NCBI GenBank assembly: GCA_904063045.1
Contig: CAJFCJ010000003.1
Coordinates: 558,001-622,000 of the forward strand
DNA: 64,000 nt
From: Dimorphilus gyrociliatus
Taxonomy: Eukaryota > Animalia > Annelida
Direction: 5' to 3'
The notes beneath the pieces were generated by a model. It ran no database searches, was not told the origin of the DNA, and was given only the letters and a program-made list of their open reading frames with translations. The translations under genes were made by a program, and so were the position numbers. This document shows, piece by piece, positions 23,768-36,457 of the stretch (position 1 is its first letter; each line of letters starts with the position of its first letter).

Positions 23768-24943
23768 GTAATAAGCATCAGGGAAACGTCTACACAAAAC
23801 GCGTTTTTAATGTTGATGAAAAATGTATAGTGAACCATATCTCTTAAATATTTTGTATACGTTGGTAGTCGTATATATTTTACAGAGAAATTGTTTAGGA
23901 TGCCGTGTTGTGTCGTTTCTCTTGTCAGGTGTATTCTCTGTGTGTGTACGCTCATTTAATCGGTGATTATTTTTTTTTAAGTTAACTTATAAACACGTAG
24001 AATAGATGTTATCATTTTTCCATTTTAAGTAAAAAAGAAACGTCGGACAGCATGTTTAAAGCTTTTTCTTGTGTCACGGTGTTTTTTCCATAATAAACAT
24101 AATAAAAGTGTGCTGCTATTTTCTGCACAAATAAATTTCACAATTATTCACAAATGAAAAATTTAAGAGGCTTTATTTTTTATTTTTAAATTCTGATAAT
24201 CGTTTCTCGTGCATATCAACGTTCCCACCTTTCTCCTTTTCATAATCTATATAAGTTTTCAACTGACTTTCTTCCATAGAAGGAAAATGTTCGTACAATG
24301 ATCTTTGAACACGATCGTCGAGGTCGTTCTCTTCTCTCAAAACGAGAAAGTATATTAGGAAGGCGGCAGTTGAAACTAATACGCTGATTGGTTGATACCA
24401 TGGTCTGTCGTATTTTTGTTGAGGGAAGAAAGTGTCGTAACTCTTATGGCTATGTGCAGGACTCGACGTGTAATTTACTGGATTGTCATTCTCAGCTCCG
24501 GCATGCTTTGCTCTCTGCTCTGTCCTATTTAGTCGACACGTGATAATTGGTTAAATCAGATAATTAAAAGATCAATCAATTACCATTATTACCTTCGTAT
24601 ATTAATCGCTTGAGAAAATCTTAAGAGTGGTAAACGTAAATTAACGAGACGGTTAGGCAGCATTTTCGTCTTTTTGCCGAAAATGCTCAAACCAATAGCC
24701 TTGAACTTGAGAATTTTTTTAATCATATGTTCGAATTTCATTTTTATTAAAAGAATATTTTATTATCAATTTATTTAATAAATAAAAAATCTATAAGAAT
24801 GAATGATCGAGAAGATTTCCGTTGTAAACTTCCACTATTTTCCAGATGGCGTTAGTGGTACTAGGTTTTCCTTATTTATTTTGTAATAGTTCTTCTGCTA
24901 GATAAAAAATTTGGGTAATCAATTATAAGGCCGGTGGCCCAAA

Positions 24944-25777
24944 ATGAATAGTCAATTGGATGTAGAGGATCTAATTAAGAATTGTGTTAAACATGGATAT
25001 AATCTACTTAATCTATCGTTTCGCTCGATATTTGTTTTGAATCCAAGCATCATTCAAGCTCAACATATAAATGAATTGTATTTAAACGATAACAAATTAG
25101 CAATGCCTCCTGTTGAATTATGTGCATTAACAAATTTGACTGTATTATCTTTAGAAAATAACGGGTTAACTATGCTACCTGGTGAAATTTGTAAACTTCA
25201 AAAGTTGAATACTCTAATTCTAAATGGAAATCCCTTAACAATTTTGCCAGAACAAATTGCTTCTTTACTTAATTTATCCGAATTATTTATATCAGAAGTT
25301 CAGTTAACCTATTTACCGGACGGAATTTGCGAGTTAGTTAATTTGAAAATTCTATCCGCAAAGAGTAATAACATTAACAGATTTCCTGAAAATTTCATCA
25401 AACTGAAATCACTGAGTTGGTTGAACATGTGCGATAATGAATTGTTATATTTACCTACAGATTTTTACAACCTTCAGAATCTATTCTATTTGAATTTGGA
25501 TAGAAATAAATTAACAAACATTCCAGAATGTTTAACTAAAATGAAGCAATTAAGCAGCATTAGTCTTCAATTCAATGAGATTAGTGAATTGACGGATGAT
25601 ACTTTACTCGGTCTCAGTCATGTTTCTAAATTAGATCTTCGCAATACATCGGTTATTGACGGAGATAATCGTTGGAAGAGTATGGATCATATTTATATTG
25701 GAAAATTAGGATTAGATAACGAAGATATTAAAATAATTAATGAAGCCAACGATGGCCTGGTACTGAAAGAAATGTAA
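24944..25777 (+). CDS. Intronless leucine-rich-repeat protein, 277 aa
   Basis: ATG with an in-frame stop 18 nt upstream. About 8 tandem 23-aa LxxLxLxxNxLxxLP repeats. No signal peptide or TM segment seen; orthologue not recognised. Confidence 0.8.
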   Translation: MNSQLDVEDLIKNCVKHGYNLLNLSFRSIFVLNPSIIQAQHINELYLNDNKLAMPPVELCALTNLTVLSLENNGLTMLPGEICKLQKLNTLILNGNPLTILPEQIASLLNLSELFISEVQLTYLPDGICELVNLKILSAKSNNINRFPENFIKLKSLSWLNMCDNELLYLPTDFYNLQNLFYLNLDRNKLTNIPECLTKMKQLSSISLQFNEISELTDDTLLGLSHVSKLDLRNTSVIDGDNRWKSMDHIYIGKLGLDNEDIKIINEANDGLVLKEM

Positions 25778-26083
25778 ACAAACTCTTTGGAGAGTATATC
25801 ATTGTGTATAGTTTGTTTTTGTTTGGTGCAATAAAAAAAAATGATAAAGACAAACTGATAATTTTTTTATGGACGGAAATTGTCCATTTATTTCAAAATT
25901 TCATACTTAGAACAATAATATCATTTAGAATTTTTTGGCAGATAGTGTAAACGCTTTTTATATACGTTGTACGATGTTTCTATCATTAAAAAAATGACAG
26001 AGAAAGAGAGATAACAGTTTTGAAAATGTTTCTGGAATGATGCAGAATGTGAGAAAATTTTAAATATATAGGAATACGTTAAT

Positions 26084-26771
26084 TTATAGTCTTTGAATGT
26101 AAAATGCTCTATCGGCCTTCTCTAATTCTTGCTCATACATTTTCCATTCGGCGGAAAGTAGTTCTCTAAGGGCTGCTTGCCTTACCTAGAACATATGTGG
26201 AAATAATATTATCGTATATATTTAAAGAGGTATAAAAATATCTTAAATTTATACCGCAATATTAGTTTTTGCTGTTAGTAGAATCTCGTTCTGAAGATTT
26301 CTCTGCTTGTTGCGGTTTCTTTTGAAATTTACTGTTCCTTCGGATGCTTCCACCCACTGAGATTTTCTTTCTAACAATTCTTGTCTGTTGTTTTTTTTTG
26401 TTATAAATGAATCACTCAAATTCACAAGAAAGTAAAGGATAGTATGAATAAAATTTACCTTTTACGCTCACTTTCCTCTTTTGCCAGAGTATCCTCATAC
26501 TTTTAATATAAGATGAAAAGAAACATTTTTAAACTACAATCATTAAGATAATCATAAATCGTAAATCAAGGTTTTAATATAAATCATTTAAAATCTTTTG
26601 GGTTGGGGAAAATAATTGTTTCGTTAGAATTTAAATTCTTGGAATAGCTTTACTATTTGAAAAAATAAATATATTTCATACCAGGACTTTTTCTTGTTGT
26701 CTTCTCAAAGCATCTTTTAAACTTTTGTTCTCCTTCATTGTTTCATAGCGATAGCTAGTTGCCGCCAACAT
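26084..26771 (-). CDS. CFAP141: Cilia- and flagella-associated protein 141 (C1orf189-like), 120 aa
   Basis: Exons 26771-26682, 26499-26459, 26384-26255, 26185-26084; phases consistent; absent from the ORF track. The C-terminus VRQAALRELLSAEWKMYEQELEKADRAFYIQRL* matches, from recall, human C1orf189 [33 protein letters not shown]. Confidence 0.8.
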
Positions 26772-26826
26772 TTTGTTAGCTTGGAAAAACAGTAGCGAAT
26801 AAATATAGAAAGGTGGTTATTGGGTA

Positions 26827-26840
26827 GTTACCGAGGTAAC
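26827..26840. promoter_or_regulatory. RFX X-box
   Basis: GTTACC-GA-GGTAAC is a palindromic match to GTNRCC-N0-3-RGYAAC, 56 bp upstream of the CFAP141 ATG. Confidence 0.7.
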
Positions 26841-27072
26841 TAGTATTACTTTCGTATTTTCCCCAGCGATAAAAAATCGCATTTTTGTGCTTTAGAAAAA
26901 GAAATTTAATAAAGTATATTTTTTTGTAATTTATTCTCGTATTTACGAAAACAAAGTCAACGGAAGTGCAGAACTGACGGCCATAACGATCGCGTTTTTT
27001 CGCCTTCGATATTCTAATAGTTATTAGTTGTTTTCTTTCGTATTGAAAGTAACATTTTCAGAAAGAAAAAAT

Positions 27073-28157
27073 ATGGCCGGAACATCATCTACAAATCCGG
27101 CCATAAGGGCTCTTCAGTTAGAACTGAAAAAAATACATGAGGAGCCTGTTGAAGGGTTCCGTGTCAGTCTCCCAAATGAGGATAACCTTTTCGAGTGGCA
27201 AGTGGCGATATTCGGTCCTCCTGGCACATTGTATGAAGGAGGATATTTTAAGGTTGTAAAATATGTTCTTTCTGTAGTTTATTTATAACGAGTGGATTTT
27301 GAAATGTAATAGAGAACTGTTAAGTTGGTCTTTGTTCTCATGAAACTCCATAATGATTTGCAATTTTATTTCGTCAGACACTGTTCCACTTTTGATTTCG
27401 AATTTTTTATTGTAAGAATAATTTTTAAAGGTTTAAAGCGCTCTAACTTGGAAAAAAATTAATTGATGTGTTATGGTGACCTGACCGCTCCGGAAAATAG
27501 GGCAAAACTCATTAGAAATTCAAAACAGCTTAAAATCTTTTTTTTTTCAGGCCATAATGACTTTTCCCCAAGACTACCCATATAATCCGCCAAAAGTTAA
27601 ATTCTTGACAAAAATGTGGCATCCTAACGTTTATGAAAATGGCGATGTTTGTATATCTATTTTACATCCTCCCGTTGATGATCCACAATCTGGAGAGTTG
27701 CCATCTGAACGTTGGAATCCAACTCAAAATGTTCGAACTATTCTGTTAAGTATAATTTCTCTATTAAACGAACCAAATACGTATTCGCCTGCAAATGTGG
27801 ATGCGTCAGTAATGTTTCGTAAATGGAGAGATTCGGTGAATGGGGATAAGGACAAGGACTATGAACGAATTATAAAGTAAAGCGATATGAATAGAATCTA
27901 TGTTTTATCGATATATAAAAATAATTTATTTTGAATATAGGAAGCAAGTTAATCAGACAAAAGAAGAGGCGAAAAAGGACGGGGTTATCGTTCCGACCAC
28001 ACTGGAAGACTACTGCATTTCGGCAGCTCACTTACGAAGACCGAGTGATGATGTACAATTTGATTTGGATGAAGATTTTATTGATGACGTTGGAGACGAA
28101 GAGGATGCGATCGAAACGATCGATAGTAACGATGACTCTGGACAAGCGGAATCGTGA
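27073..28157 (+). CDS. CDC34: Ubiquitin-conjugating enzyme E2 R (Cdc34)
   Basis: Exons 27073-27252, 27551-27876, 27941-28157. HPNVYENGDVC (catalytic Cys), acidic loop PPVDDPQSGELPSERW, SPANVDAS and an acidic C-terminal tail. Confidence 0.93.
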
Positions 28158-28781
28158 CGGCGTATTCAGTGTGTGTGTTACGGAACTGATCTCTGCTCAA
28201 AAATATTCATGCGCTTTTTAGTCGTTACACACACGAAAAGCATTTTTCGTCATCATATAAATGATTTCGTTTATTGTTCATTCGCCTATGTTGGTAGTAA
28301 CGCGAAGTTTCATTTCACATGATGAAAAATATTGAACGCATTTAGAGCAAAAATCACTTTTTTCTCTTAAAATAGCAGATTAAAGAGATTTAAAAAAATA
28401 ATTAGTGGAAATATGATTTAGAAAAGTGAAAACATCCACAAAGGCATTTAATCTAAATATGCAAGCATTTGTGCAAAGAAATTAACCAGTCTAATAAGTG
28501 TGGATAATTTTTACTAGGTGCCTGGTACTTGCTTTCCCATACAAAATTCTTGTAATTGAATATCACATGTAGTTACTCTTGTAGGTACATATATTATATT
28601 CAATTATAATAATTAAATTGTAAACACATTGTACAGTATATATCGAGTTTCCACTGATTTCAAAACAAAATATATTTACATAATGTATTTGTGATATTTC
28701 GTAACAATATAGCGCGATAAAAACAATAAAAATATTTGAAAACAGACGCATCACAGTATTTCAAGTTGCACTAAACAGTCG

Positions 28782-31700
28782 TCAACTGTTGTGCCAAGAT
28801 GTAGGTGTTCGTCTCGCCTCTTTTTGGCGGTGATAGCCGGAATTGTTTTGTAGGTGGCGTTTTCTTTCCTTATAATTTGATGAGTGACTGGATCTATGCC
28901 ATCGTTCTTGAGACGACTTTCCGGACCAGCCTGATGGTTTATGTTTGAATTCAGGAGGTCGCGAGTATGCCGATTTTTGTTGATTATAACTTGGACTCGA
29001 AATAGGATTTTCCGCCATCCGACTTTTCTCTGACTTTCCATTGTGTTGCTCTCTCTCTCGCCTCCTTTTAATTGAGTGTTTGTACATTTTATATAACTTC
29101 GTTGGATGTTTATCGGTAAATTTTGAAACAAACTTCCACAAGTTGGCTCGTAATCGCTTTATCCTATCGGGATCTGATCTCTTCTTAAGAACTTCATTGA
29201 TATGATCTCCTATTTCGAGTAATAACTGTTGCGCTCGATAAACTTTCTCTGCAGTTGACAAATCCGATTGATCTTCGCTATTATCTAACCTTTTCAAAGC
29301 TTTCTTAACAGGCCTCATCTTCTCTTTACATTCTTTAAATTCCTCCTCAGTTAGTTCGTTAATGCCATCATCTTGACTTTCCTCGGCCTCCTTTATTTTT
29401 TCTTTGTTAGTTTCCGGAACAGATTCGTGGGTCTCAACAGGAATAACTTTTTCTTCTTCCTTCTTGACTATTATTTTTAAAGGTTTGTTAATTTTATTAA
29501 TTTTCTTCTTCTTTTTCGCCTTAGGCTCTGGTTGTCCATGAGCAGCATTTTCCAACATTTTTGTTAAAATTTTACTGAGGTATTCGAATCTAGCCTGAAG
29601 ATGCTTAGCTTGAGGTTTTTTATCGCCTTCCGGCAATATTTTATTACCTAAACCCAATTCGCTATCATGTTTTATAGCTTCCCAATTTCCTAAACCTTTC
29701 TTATAGATTCCTAGCAGTAGTGTAGAATCGTCAGTGACATCCCAATCACATTCCCAATGTGCCGCCTTTGTTTTGGTTTCTAGTTTGAATTTTTTGTGTT
29801 CGAGTGGATTGGTAGGTATTACTTTGGCTAAAGGCTCTAATTCATTGATTGCTGTCAATATTTGTTTTGCTTTGACAGATATTGAGCCTAGTGTAATCGT
29901 TGGTCCTTTATGAGTTTTTTTATTTTCTGTAGTAGGATCATATTTTATACGTTCGTCATACTGTGTCATGGCATCTCTACATTCTTCTAGAAGACGTTCA
30001 CCTAACTTCCTCAAATCTCCTATATTTTTTTGTTTTAGATCACCATCAGCTGCAATATCTTCTAATCTCTCCAGCGGTCGAGGAAATTTCTTAAAACTTT
30101 TTATGAACTGGCGTACCTCAGACATGGTCATATTTTTGAAATATCCTACCCGACCACGTTTCTTTTTCGGCGTTATGTCATCATCACTGGCTGCGGAAGC
30201 GCTATCATCGCGCTTTTTTCCTTCTTTATAACTTATGTTCTTTCTGCTCCTAATAAGAAAAATATGTTTTAATTTTTGACAAATAACTTGTGATTATAAT
30301 CAGGTACCTTGGTCCTAAATTTAATTTCCTAATCTCTTTCTCTCGTTCTTCTTCATTATATTTCTTTCTTTCTGATTCTGGTATTATTGAATCCCAATGG
30401 CGTTGTTCAATTTCTTCGTGTTCCAAATTATCAAAATTAACAACTTTAAATTGAGATAATAAACCGTCCGCATTTGACGAATGATCTTCAGTTGTATGGG
30501 TTTCGGCCCTCCGCAAAATATCATCTAATTCTACATCATCTTCATCTTCGTCTTCTTTAAATAGATCCTCAGCTCCAAATTTCAAAATGGCCGATAATTC
30601 ATCTTTGTTAAACGGATTATTTTCTCTTCTCTGCTTATTATTTAACACAGCCCGACCAGTTGTATCCATACTTTGAATGACTAGATGATCAAGTACCATT
30701 TTCTTTTTTGCTCTTTCAAGGATATCTTCCTCAACAGATCCTTTGGTTACCAATCGATAGACGCTAACTTGTTTCTTCTGACCAATACGGTGAGCTCTAG
30801 CTTGGGCCTGAAGGTCGTTTTGAGGGTTCCAGTCAGAATCAAAAATTATAACGGTATCAGCAGTAGCAAGGTTAACACCTAGACCACCAGCCCTTGTGGA
30901 TAACAGAAAGCAGAAATCTGGTGAACCTTCAGCATTGAAATGATCCATCGATTGACGTCTCTGTTCTGATTTAATTGACCCATCTAGCCTTTGAAAAGCA
31001 AAACGTCTTCTTTGTAGGTATTCAGCCAAAATATCCAACATCATAACCATTTGCGAAAAAATTAATACCCTATGTCCACCTTCTTTAAGCCGCAATAACA
31101 ATTTATCAAGAAGAATTAATTTACCAGAACTTTTTATAAACGCTTCTAAACTTTCCCTACTCATGCCCTCATCCGGCTGGCGGACAAGATAAGGATGATT
31201 GCAACATTTTTTTAATTCCATAACAATATTAATAAACCCTGTAATTGAACCTTTAACGCCTTTGCTAAGTGCTTCGTAATTTTTTGTTAGAATCCATTTA
31301 TAGTATTGCTTTTGCTTGCTTGTCATTGCGACACGAAGAATTTGTTCAGTTTTTGAAGGTAAAGATTTTTCAACGTCTTTTTTGACCCTTCTAAGTAGGA
31401 AAGGTTCGAGACGGCGATGTAGTGCAAAAAAGTTACTATCATCAGAATATTTTTCTTCAAATTCTCCCCAATCATCAAATTTAACAGGCATAATGAAATG
31501 TAATAAAGACCACAATTCGCGAAGAGAGTTTTGTAATGGCGTTCCAGTTATCAAAAGTCTGTGGTCTGTTGAAAAGCTTGAAAGAATTTTATATAACTGA
31601 CAATCATCATTTTTTAAACGATGAGCTTCATCAACTGCAAGGACCGCCCATTGAACAACTCCAAGTTCTTGTTTATCTTTAGATAAGAGTTCATACGTTG

Positions 31701-33232
31701 TTATAAGAGCATTAAATTTCCATTTTCGAGTACTGGCGTGTTGCCATTCATAATTTCTAACCGTTTCACGGCTTTTTTGATCGCCAAGGTAAACTAAGAC
31801 ATTCATATCGGGTGCCCAAGTGGCAAACTCTTTTTGCCAGGTCATAATTGTTGACAGAGGTACGACTAGTAAATATGGTCCAGCAACGTTGTATATTTTA
31901 AGCAGTACATTGAGGAGGGATATAGTTTGAATGGTTTTACCTAAGCCCATTTCATCAGCAAGAATACAGCCATGTCTTTTGACCCAAGCGTGAATTAACC
32001 AATTTAAGCCATCTAATTGGTAATCTCTTAACTTCAAAGAGCTATCTCCACTGGCGATAAAACTTGGTTGTTCTGTGATTCGACGAAACTGCGCTCTAGC
32101 ATGCCACGTTCTAATTTCTTTAAAGCTAGGAAGAGCAAGATGCTTGCGACTTTCAAATTGAATCACAGCAAGTGGAAACATACGTTTTATTAAATTTGCA
32201 TCTTCCCAACTACATTCTGAATAGGGTAGATTACACCATTTGACAAAGTATTCGTACTTGCTGGTGTAAGGCTGATCATAATCGTCAGATTTATCTCGAA
32301 ATCTATCTCCAGTTATAGCTCTCTCGCAAACTATCCGTTCAACCTGAGTGTACTGATCCTGCAGTTCCATCATCATTTCTAGTTGACATTCAAAGTATTC
32401 AGCATCTTCTATGCTAGCAATATCTTTCCAAAGTCGGATTTCTTCCTCTTTTTTCTCATATAGCTCCAATCGTTTTAAGTTATTTGCTTTCTGTTCAATT
32501 AGGGATTGGCGACTTTCCCAAGTATTATGGATATGGGACCAATTTTTCCATTTTATTAAATACTGTTTTTCTCTTTCTTTATCACTTCCTATCGGATTAA
32601 GATCTCTTTCTTCGGAATAAATGACAGTTTTAACGCCTGTAGCACCAAGTTTTCCAAACCGATGGGTCATAACTTTTTCAATTGTGTCATAGCCATTATC
32701 AGTTTCTACTTCGTATTGGCATTCAATTAAGTCATCCGATCCAGTTTGGTCATCATCAGATGCTTCCCGATAACTAACAACTTTTCCACCTTTTCTGGCA
32801 GGTTTTCTTTTCGCGTCAGAATATCTGAAGTATAATTCTTCAATAGTAACGGAGCTTTTGAATATGCCTTTATAATACAAATAATTACCGGCCTTTCCTG
32901 AATGAATTCTGATCGTCACTACCCGAATAATCCGAATCATCTGAACTGGAATAGCGTCGTTTTCTTCTCTGAGGTTGTTGAACAAGTTCATGAGGTTCGC
33001 TGTCTCTTTTGGTTCTTGTTGAGCGTCTGATGCCATAAAGATCAGGTTGCTCTAATGCGTACTTGTATACATCTGAACGACTTGGACGATTATTGTTCGC
33101 AGGAGTCGGCGAAGGAGAAGGACTACTCTCAGAATCTGATGATGATGAAGAGGAATTTGAAGACGATGCTGAAGAGGAATTTTCACTATTGCTGCTGGAG
33201 TCTGATGAATCTGAATCACTATCTGGAAACAT
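28782..33232 (-). CDS. CHD1: Chromodomain-helicase-DNA-binding protein 1/2, about 1442 aa
   Basis: Exons 33232-32889, 32824-30308, 30249-28782 (64- and 58-bp introns). ATG in GCAGCCATG with an in-frame upstream stop. Ser-rich N-terminus, double chromodomain ([14 protein letters not shown]), SNF2 ATPase ([23 protein letters not shown]), SANT/SLIDE and CHCT domains. The 5'UTR intron acceptor is at 33248-33249. Confidence 0.93.
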
Positions 33233-36200
33233 GGCTGCTTAATTTACCTGTAGGAATTAATGAAACATACAGAATAGAAAATATGTAATTTCTGAAAACC
33301 ACATTATCTATTGACAAAGAAAACACGAAGCTATTTGAACTTCCAAAATATGTGATATAATAAATATGACATGCTTATACTATTTCTGTGAAGCTGGTAT
33401 AAATTCGTTCTAAGCAAAAAAATTTAGTTAAAATAAAAGGTATAAGGCTACTTTTAGTTTAAGGATGCAGCTATGTTATAACTAATTTTTAATTATAAAA
33501 AATTACATAAATATGTAAGAGCATTGAAAAATAGCCAAATTATAGCTTTTAATATTCTCGAAAATCGGAATATAAACTATTAACTAAAAATACTCTTAAA
33601 AACTTAATTTTACCTATTCAAAATTGATGTCTCAGATTATCTTAAAGATCTTCAAATCTTAAATCAGAACAATTCTGAAGAAATTATAAAATATTTTGTT
33701 CAATTAAAGGGTAAATTTCATTATAAATGGGTTCAAAATTAAAATAATGTTGAAGATTACCATTAATATAGAGAATATAGAAGACTTATCCAAGACTTTG
33801 TGTATTATTAACTTCCGGTACAGCATCAAATATTTGATTTTTGAGCCCTAAATTGATAAATACTCCTCAAATTTATTGCAATACAAATTGAGGGGATAAT
33901 TTTTTAAAATATGGATGCACAAAAAGATTTCTTTTCAATTTCTTCAAATGTTTAACATTCTCAATTTTATAAACAGTTGCAAATGAGGTTCAACTTTTAC
34001 AAACTCCACTGGAAATTTTTTAGGCCTATATGTAAACAAAAGCACGTGGAAAACCGAAAGAACGCTTAAAATTGTTCATAGAAAGCGAAAAGAACTCATA
34101 AAACATTTGCATATGTCACGGAATTCAAAAATCTTTATAAAATGAGTTCAAATTCGTAGATTTTAAGGCTGTAAGAACTATTATTTCCTAAGAACTCACT
34201 TATTTTCACGAAATGTGTTGATTAAGTCGGCATAAAGGAGCGACGAATTTTCAAGATCAGTAGCAGATTTATAGAATTAACTTCATATTTTCTACATCTA
34301 CAGTATCCAAGGTTCTGTAAAATATGTAAATGTTTCAGAATCAATGAGAATGTCATAAAAAAGAAGCCAAATATTCTAAAATAGTGAATACACTTCAATC
34401 CAAAATGGCGTATTTTTGAGGGCAAAACGACATTTAGAGCATAAGAAGAGGTGATTGCTTACCTTTATAGGTTTAAATATATATATTATATTAACTTTTC
34501 ATTGGAGGATGCACTTAAGGTTCTATTAACCGGTTGCAATTGGTCAAATAAGTAGAACGTGGTGTATATAAACGCTTATCATTAGAATTCAATATGGCGT
34601 CTGTAGAGAATGGGTTCAGAGCTACATTTGACATTGATAGAGGGCGCCTTTATTTACTCAGTGAAAATTTTGTTGAGAAAAATCTAACGATTTTTACAAA
34701 ATAAATATTAATTTCGCTCATAGTAATAATTTAGAATTTTTTAATTTGATAGTAAGGTTGACTGGTATCAAATACATATATTTATATATATATAATACAT
34801 ATACACATGCATATATATAGAATTTTCAGTATATTATGAATGACTGTCGTCAATTTTCAGTTACTAGGAATATCAGTTGCTGTCTACTGTTTTAGACATT
34901 TTTCTACATTTTTATACAGATAAATAGTATATCCATATTATGATTAACGAACAGATTAATCTTATCTTTATCATTTTAAAATAAAAGCTATTTGAATTTC
35001 AACCACATTTTTAAAAATTAAACTGGTTCCTTGCATTTATACTATTCAAGGAAATAGATTAATCTTTAAATATAAATTACTTTATTACTTTTATAAAACG
35101 GTTTATTTACCACTAACGATTATTCTTTTAGTTTTTAAATATCGAATAACAAAAACTTTCATTTTTGTTATTGCTATATTATTTCGATAGAATATCGAAT
35201 AAAAAGAATGTTTGCGTTTGTATTTAAAACAGTAGTGCTGGTAAGTAATTAATATTTTTACAGGAGGGAAGGGGAAATGCTTCAAAGATCCTTTCTATTT
35301 GACTATTGGCAACTGATAAGTTAATGTTTTTTTTATGACCCCTTTAGCTTTACGCTATTTTTTTTATTGCATCTACATGTGACCTTTTCACTCTGATAGC
35401 AGATACTATGTATATATACATATTTAATATTATTTTCATAAGAAATGTACTTATACATGTCTTTTTTATATTCAAAACAAAATTATTAGTACTATATAGT
35501 AGTAGTGTTATTATTAGAATTGTAGAATAATCTTATCAACAAGGATAAGAACTACTTTCTTTAAAGTAAGATCGAAAAAATGTAATAAAACACTTAACGT
35601 TTAAAAATGACCTCATCCGATGCTCAATTTCCTATTATTCATTTTTAGTGTTACTTTTCTAGAAACTCTCCCCTTTCATTACATACAGCGTGGGCTCTGG
35701 AATATCGCTCATTAGGAACTTTTACGTGGATTCCTTAACTATCGATCCCTTAATGCACCTTAATTCTAAACTAATAGCATTTTTTAAATAATAATATAGC
35801 TTATTTGTTTGTCTAATATTTTATTGAACAGTGTTTAGTATTTGATAAGAAAACTTTATATATTTTCAATGTTATATTCTAGGATTAGCAATCTACTTGT
35901 AAGTTAAGTTTTATCGCATTAGACTTTTCATTAATACGCATAGATCATAAATTGTAAAGGAAACAAATTTATGCTACGCTGTATTAGCAATACAATGATA
36001 AAGCTGAAGATTAAAGATAAGCGTAAACTTACGTTATAGCGAAATGATTCCAACTGACCCTGGATGCAGAAATATCCCGCCAATATGCATCAACCTGTCT
36101 AAAAGTATCTCTAACAGATGGCGCTAGATATAGTTAAATGGAGAACAATATTTGCGTGCTCTCAGAAATTACTGACAATTTTCTAGATATTGATTGATTG

Positions 36201-36391
36201 CCTAATTGCAAAACGACTATGATAAATTTTTTTGAGCGATTTGACGTTTTCGTGTGTTTATGATGGTTTTTTATTTAAATATATATTTTATTTAGAACAG
36301 AAATAGGCAATCGACTGGCATAAATGATGAAAAAATGGAAGGTAAAGGGAGATGAGGGCAAAAAAAAAGAAGAAAAGAGAATCGGAGAGCT

Positions 36392-36407
36392 AGAGAAAGA
36401 TAGATAG

Positions 36408-36452
<45 letters not shown>
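36392..36452. repeat. (AGAT)n+(AG)n microsatellite
   Basis: Direct inspection. Confidence 0.9.

Positions 36453-36457
<5 letters not shown>

Noticed and set aside
32825-33036. First about 70 aa of the 928-aa ORF ([13 protein letters not shown])
   Set aside because: Wrong-frame read of CHD1 exon 1 plus a 64-bp intron; the real frame is the Ser-rich 33232-32889 exon.
33366-33817. Phase-compatible plus-strand mini-exons 33366-33396, 33636-33710 and 33772-33817, antisense within the CHD1 5' intron
   Set aside because: Only about 50 aa, no recognisable motif and no convincing continuation.
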